A stretch of 54,736 nt of DNA. Origin: Candidatus Bathyarchaeia archaeon (lineage in GTDB: Archaea; Thermoproteota; Bathyarchaeia; TCS64). The stretch is from the NCBI GenBank assembly GCA_050014495.1, contig JBEKDF010000018.1, positions 1-54,736 of the forward strand, read 5' to 3'. A model generated the notes under the pieces. It was given only the letters and a program-made list of their open reading frames with translations, was not told where the DNA came from and searched no databases. Position 1 is the first letter of the stretch. Every line of letters starts with the position of its first letter. This document shows, in pieces, positions 50,494 through 54,736 of this stretch. Made by a program: the position numbers and the translations under genes.

Positions 50494-51741
50494 ATGCTTA
50501 CTTGGTACTTTGTGCCGAATCGTTTCGCGTTTCTTCAAACAGTGCCTAGAGACGCGAAGATTCTAATATTCTCAAATGCCTTTCGGAGCTTTAGCTCCGC
50601 TATACTCGCCGTAGCATTTCCTATCTATCTCAGCAAGATAGGTGTCTCCTCAGTCCTCATCGGGCTAACCTTCATGGGGATCATTCTATTCTCCGCCGTC
50701 AGAAGTCTGATCGAGGGAGTCATCGCGGATCGGTTAGGAAGAAAACCCGTACTCATCTTTATCGCGGGCAGCCTCGTAATCGGAGGCGCAATCTTCGTGG
50801 CGACGACGAGTATCACAGTTCTACTCATCGCCGCTGTACTATTCACGGTAGGTGGATCAATCACCTATACCCCCGCCGAGATTGCCCTGTTAGGGGACAA
50901 GGTAAGTGACGAGAATCGGACGATGGCCTATAGCATCAACGCGACACTTGCGACGGCGGCCAGCATACTTGGCAGCTTCGCTGGAGCAATACCCGAAGCA
51001 CTTCAGAGACTCGGCTTTCCCGAGATTTTAGCTTACCAGCAAATTTTCGTTATCTTCGCAGCCGTTGGAGTTATTTGCATCGTGCTCTTCGCACTGATTA
51101 AGGAGGTCAAACCAGAGCACAAGCTAGTCGACTCCGCGCCTCCAACCGAGCAGGACATCAGTGAGAGGAAGTTCTTGCTGAGGTGGAGTAGCGTGGTCGC
51201 CTTAGATGAGATAGGTGGCTCCTTCAACAACCTCCTCAGCTACTGGTTCTACCTTCGATTCGGGGTGGGTCCCGCTGAAATAGGTCTAATCACGGGACTT
51301 GGCAACCTTATTTCGACGGTTAGCTACGCTCTCGGCTTGAAGATGGCGAAGCGTTACGGGACTATTAGAGCTACCGTAATGAGTCGGGTTCCTATCTTTC
51401 TCATAAACTTCCTTACACCTTTCATGCCGAGCTTCGCGATCGTAGCTGCCAGTCGCCTATTCATGAGCGTGTTCAGCAACATCGATGTGCCGCTGAGGCA
51501 CAGCTACATCATGGGCGTCACACAGAGTAAACAAAGGGCCTCGACTTATGGGGTTATTCAGGTGGTGAGCAGATTCACGTCTGCTGGTGCACCGGCTATT
51601 GCTGGGTATCTCTACGAATTCGTGAGCTTATCATTTCCCTTCTACGGGGCTGGCTTCTTCCAATTCGCGTCAGCGGCGACGATGTACTTATTCTTCAAAG
51701 ACATAAGGCCGCCAGAGGAGAAAACGAAGAATCCAACTTAG
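50494..51741 (+). CDS. MFS transporter
   Basis: Motif A 'GVIADRLGRK'; 12 TM segments. Confidence 0.92.
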   Translation: MLTWYFVPNRFAFLQTVPRDAKILIFSNAFRSFSSAILAVAFPIYLSKIGVSSVLIGLTFMGIILFSAVRSLIEGVIADRLGRKPVLIFIAGSLVIGGAIFVATTSITVLLIAAVLFTVGGSITYTPAEIALLGDKVSDENRTMAYSINATLATAASILGSFAGAIPEALQRLGFPEILAYQQIFVIFAAVGVICIVLFALIKEVKPEHKLVDSAPPTEQDISERKFLLRWSSVVALDEIGGSFNNLLSYWFYLRFGVGPAEIGLITGLGNLISTVSYALGLKMAKRYGTIRATVMSRVPIFLINFLTPFMPSFAIVAASRLFMSVFSNIDVPLRHSYIMGVTQSKQRASTYGVIQVVSRFTSAGAPAIAGYLYEFVSLSFPFYGAGFFQFASAATMYLFFKDIRPPEEKTKNPT

Positions 51742-51937
51742 ATAAATAATGAGTGAGCGCATTCTATCGAAAGCAATTCAAGCAATAATTGAAAGGTGAT
51801 GAAGATTCTCGCTAGAAGACTATCTTACATTTGTGTGTGTGTGTGGCCATAGACTTATCCCCCAAACCCAAACACAAAACATTTTATTTCGATTGAATGT
51901 GTAGTATTTACTGAGGAAATGGGGGGGAGGTGTCAAT

Positions 51938-52372
51938 ATGGTGAAGGTTGAGGAGAGTGTGATGATTGACCGCCCCGTCGAGGAGGTTTGGAAGTTCATA
52001 GCTGACCTGTCAAATGTCCCGAAGTGGGAACCAGGTGTCCTCGAAGCGAGGCTGACTTCCTCAGGGCCAATCGGGGTGGGTTCCACGTGCGAGATAATAC
52101 GAAAAGATATGACACTTCCGCAACGGTGCATTGAGTATGAGCCCAACCGAAAGCTCTCTTTCGTGGTCACCTCTGGGCCAGCGAAGGGAACCGTGGTTGG
52201 CTTCGGTGTGGAGGCCGTTGAGGGAAAGACCAGATTCACCTCGGCCGACGACGTGAAGTTTGATGGCTTCTACAGGCTGCTCGCGCCTTTTGTTACGGGG
52301 GGCTTGAGGAGAGAGGGTGTAGCCACCGTCGGCAACGTGAAGCGCGTACTGGAATCGGAAGCGAAGTCATAG
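51938..52372 (+). CDS. SRPBCC (START-like) family protein
   Basis: 'IDRPVEEVWKFIADLSNVPKW', 'EYEPNR'. Confidence 0.88.
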   Translation: MVKVEESVMIDRPVEEVWKFIADLSNVPKWEPGVLEARLTSSGPIGVGSTCEIIRKDMTLPQRCIEYEPNRKLSFVVTSGPAKGTVVGFGVEAVEGKTRFTSADDVKFDGFYRLLAPFVTGGLRREGVATVGNVKRVLESEAKS

Positions 52373-52400
52373 GATGAAAATCAAGCAACAATCTTCCTGA

Positions 52401-52433
52401 GTTAGAGTCAGGTTGAAGTTTAGATAAGGCTAT
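52401..52433 (-). repeat. conserved ~33-bp unit of the paralog array (minus-strand copy)
   Basis: Reverse complement ATAGCCTTATCTAAACTTCAACCTGACTCTAAC; similar to 53586-53618 and 54240-54272. Confidence 0.7.
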
Positions 52434-52936
52434 TAAGAAGAGGACCTGAGTTCTGGGTGCTGCCTCTCCGCTATTCGCTTCACAACACCGTACAGATACT
52501 CAAAATGCTCATTCAGCTGCGGGGTATGATGACGAACCCTCCACTGCACTATCACGGGCCTCAACTTCTCCCACATCCCAATAACCCCACTCGAAATCAG
52601 GTCGTCGATGAACCCTGGGCCTATCAGCCTCGTCTTCACGAGTACACCGATACCCTCGAAGTAGTTTGACATGGACCAGAACTTGGCTCTATTGTCTCTA
52701 TCATCCAGGTATTTCCTCTCGAAGTCTTCGTAGTCGGTCCACTTCCACTCATACAGTATCTCCATCCCGTCTCTCATGAAGTCTCCATCATTCATCTTCG
52801 AGTAGATTGGCATGAAGAGCTGTGCCTGCCTAGTCTCAAGCGTGGTCTCCATCACCCTGCTCGAGTTCCTCAGGTTAATTATGTAGTAGGTCGCCGCGAC
52901 CATTACACCTGTAGCTGTGGCTATAGCCGGTAACAT
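52433..52936 (-). CDS. DUF4760-like single-TM protein (paralog)
   Basis: TM, then 'ETRQAQLFM', 'WTDYEDFERKY', 'YFEGIGVLV', 'WEK..P', 'FEYLY'. Confidence 0.75.
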   Translation of the reverse strand: MLPAIATATGVMVAATYYIINLRNSSRVMETTLETRQAQLFMPIYSKMNDGDFMRDGMEILYEWKWTDYEDFERKYLDDRDNRAKFWSMSNYFEGIGVLVKTRLIGPGFIDDLISSGVIGMWEKLRPVIVQWRVRHHTPQLNEHFEYLYGVVKRIAERQHPELRSSS

Positions 52937-52948
52937 GGGGACTAAATT

Positions 52949-53128
52949 ATGAAGTATGAGCCGATCATCCTGGAGTATAGGGGGAGGTACGAGGCGCCTA
53001 CTAAGAGTGGGCTTCACGAAGACTTTGAGGATCTTTACTACTCTATGCTTGAGGAATCTGTGAAGTGGAGGAAGGACTTCGTTGAGAGGAAGGCACTCGG
53101 ATTGAAGCCGATCCCACCCTATCCATAG
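52949..53128 (+). pseudogene. C-terminal fragment of another DUF4760-like paralog
   Basis: Reads MKYEPIILEYRGRYEAPTKSGLHEDFEDLYYSM..., matching the family's 'K..P.I...R......E.FE.LY' tail. Confidence 0.6.
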
Positions 53129-53166
53129 CCTTACCCTCATCATGTGAAAAAAAAGGTATGAGGTTT

Positions 53167-53454
53167 TTATTGTGTTACTATTAGAGTTTTTGCATAATCG
53201 ACAAACGCAGGATCAATATGGTAAAGTTCCATCGCTACCTTGCCGAAATCTTCTAGGGATGCATCTGTTTCAACGCCAATAACTATTTGCTCGACCGTAT
53301 AGTAGGGAGTTCCCCATACCACGATTTTCATCTTATACTTGTTGATGATCTCTTTTGCCTTTGTTGTCCAATTCGGGAAATATTTAACGTCGACTAAATA
53401 CTTTTTGGTTGCCTCTTCTGTCATCTTCACAAACCAAAGATATACATACTTCAT
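53167..53454 (-). CDS. small hypothetical protein (ferredoxin-like/GYD-type fold possible)
   Basis: 95-aa AT-rich ORF flanked by 16-bp direct repeats. Confidence 0.6.
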   Translation of the reverse strand: MKYVYLWFVKMTEEATKKYLVDVKYFPNWTTKAKEIINKYKMKIVVWGTPYYTVEQIVIGVETDASLEDFGKVAMELYHIDPAFVDYAKTLIVTQ

Positions 53455-53585
53455 CTATTTTTCACCATTTTTTTCGAATATTTTAAGATTCATTATTATT
53501 CTATAATAAAAGAATCTCGAATTTATAACAAACAACTAAGTATATAACATTTTCATTAATATTCGTAAATATTTGTATATGGAAC

Positions 53586-53618
53586 ATAGCCTTATCCTCA
53601 CTTCCACCTGAGTGTAAT
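53586..53618 (+). repeat. conserved ~33-bp unit upstream of a paralog
   Basis: ATAGCCTTATCCTCACTTCCACCTGAGTGTAAT; CTTATC lies 41 bp before the TTG start. Confidence 0.7.
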
Positions 53619-53631
53619 CCAGTGACTTGTA

Positions 53632-54243
53632 TTGGTCGATCTAGTTACGCTTCAGTCAATGGCGTATATCGCTCAAGTAGTCGGAGTAGCTGGAACACTC
53701 ATAGCCGCGTTCATCGCGGTGAGAAGCTATACCAACGTGAACAAGCGAACCGAAGAATCCAAGAAGAAGGAGCAGGAGACACGCGACAGGGAACTCGAGA
53801 CCAGAAGGCTACAGCTACTCACAAGCTATAGTGAGCGCCTCTTCAACACGGAGGGCAGCCTCGATTTTTAGGAGCTCATGAACATGCAGTGGAGTGATTG
53901 GGACGACTTCGAGAAGAAGTATGGAAGCGACTTCAACCTCCACAACGGGGCGATTAGGCTCAAGGTCTTCTTCACGTGGGACCTTCTCGGGAGCCTGCTA
54001 CGCGAGAAGGCTGTGGATGCTGAGACCCTGTACAAGCTGAGCTTCCACATGGTCATCTTCCTCTGGATGAAGTTCAAGGGGTATCTGGATTATGAGCGGG
54101 AGCATTACTTCGGGAAGGACTTTCTTGTCGACTTCGAGTACCTTGCTCAGGAGATGCTCAGGATCAAGATGAGGAATGATCCCACCTACAAGGTTCCTGA
54201 GAACTTCATTAGCTATCTTCAGAATAATCAAGCCGTTCAATAA
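53632..54243 (+). pseudogene. DUF4760-like paralog interrupted by one in-frame TAG (53869-53871)
   Basis: ORFs 53632-53871 and 53878-54243 are in the same frame: ...SLDF*ELMNMQWSDWDDFEKKYG... Confidence 0.8.
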
Positions 54244-54272
54244 TCTTATCCTCACTTCTAGCTGACTCTAAT
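54240..54272 (+). repeat. conserved ~33-bp unit upstream of a paralog
   Basis: ATAATCTTATCCTCACTTCTAGCTGACTCTAAT; overlaps the previous stop codon; CTTATC lies 40 bp before the ATG. Confidence 0.7.
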
Positions 54273-54284
54273 TAGTGATGATTA

Positions 54285-54668
54285 ATGGTTGATGCGCAGA
54301 CGATTGGAGTATTGGTGACGGTGGCAAGCGTGACGGTAGCAGCGGTGTACTACATGTTCACCCTACGCACAAACCCGAGAAACTACAAGGCCACACTCGA
54401 CACACGCCAGGCACAGCTCTTCATGCAGCTATTCGACCGATTCAGCGGATCAGAGTTCGCCCTCAACTACGGCAAGATCCGCTACGAGATACTACCCAAG
54501 CTGAACAACAGCCCAGAGGAGCTGAACAAGTTCATCTACCAGAACACAAATGAGAAGTTCAACCCCGAGGTGTTCCTACCCTTCCACCAGCTGACGATGT
54601 TCTTCGACGGCGTCGCGCGCGCTGCCTTGTCCCGAAATTACCCCGATATTGGTTTTAAATGGTCTTAA
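54285..54668 (+). pseudogene. DUF4760-like paralog, C-terminally truncated
   Basis: 'DTRQAQLFMQ...FFDGV', after which similarity to the paralogs stops at CGCGCGCGC (54614-54622). Confidence 0.7.
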
Positions 54669-54736
54669 TTCCCCTCACAGGATTTAATGGCAAATACGGG
54701 CATATCCTAAACACCTCACCTCCTCGTAGAAGCGAT

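Noticed and set aside
700..51230. Numerous 60-160-aa ORFs antisense to or nested within annotated genes
   Set aside because: They are shadow ORFs without motifs that overlap well-supported genes.
51832..51845. (TG)n microsatellite as a phase-variation tract
   Set aside because: It is short, intergenic and not clearly within a promoter spacer; treated as part of the alternating purine-pyrimidine junction pattern.
49504..53118. Canonical casposon
   Set aside because: No family B polymerase and no terminal inverted repeats are seen, and the Cas1 is truncated.
52937..53143. N-terminal extension of the 236-aa minus-strand ORF
   Set aside because: It is the antisense shadow of a plus-strand paralog fragment (52949-53128).
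49400..54736. CRISPR array associated with cas1
   Set aside because: No regularly spaced 25-40-bp repeats with short spacers are visible; the repeats found are gene-spaced and degenerate.

Overview
Archaeal chromosomal segment, most likely Bathyarchaeia. This is inferred from archaeal gene families (class I CCA-adding enzyme, ThpR, TrmB, FlaK/PibD-type peptidase), TATA-type promoters and the integrase and membrane-paralog types present. Positions 1-40300 are a patchwork of metabolic, transport and signalling genes ending in thpR-cca-kinase and tRNA-Pro(GGG). The tRNA 3' end is an integration hotspot. A ~9.1 kb element (40354-49495, bounded by a perfect 28-bp direct repeat) carries a tyrosine integrase, an HK97-fold major-capsid-like gene, a possible second divergent capsid-fold gene and a structured non-coding segment, but no recognisable terminase, portal, tail or replicase, so it resembles a viral satellite. 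Next come a second att-like copy, a stub of another integrase fused to a 5'-truncated solo Cas1 (no cas2 or CRISPR array), and a scrambled array of DUF4760-like membrane-protein paralogs, most of them associated with a conserved ~33-bp unit. Across the window, (GC)n tracts such as GCGCGCGC sit between genes and exactly at five gene-truncation breakpoints, suggesting an unexplained recombination or repair signature. All protein calls come from motif recognition by eye; no database searches were run.
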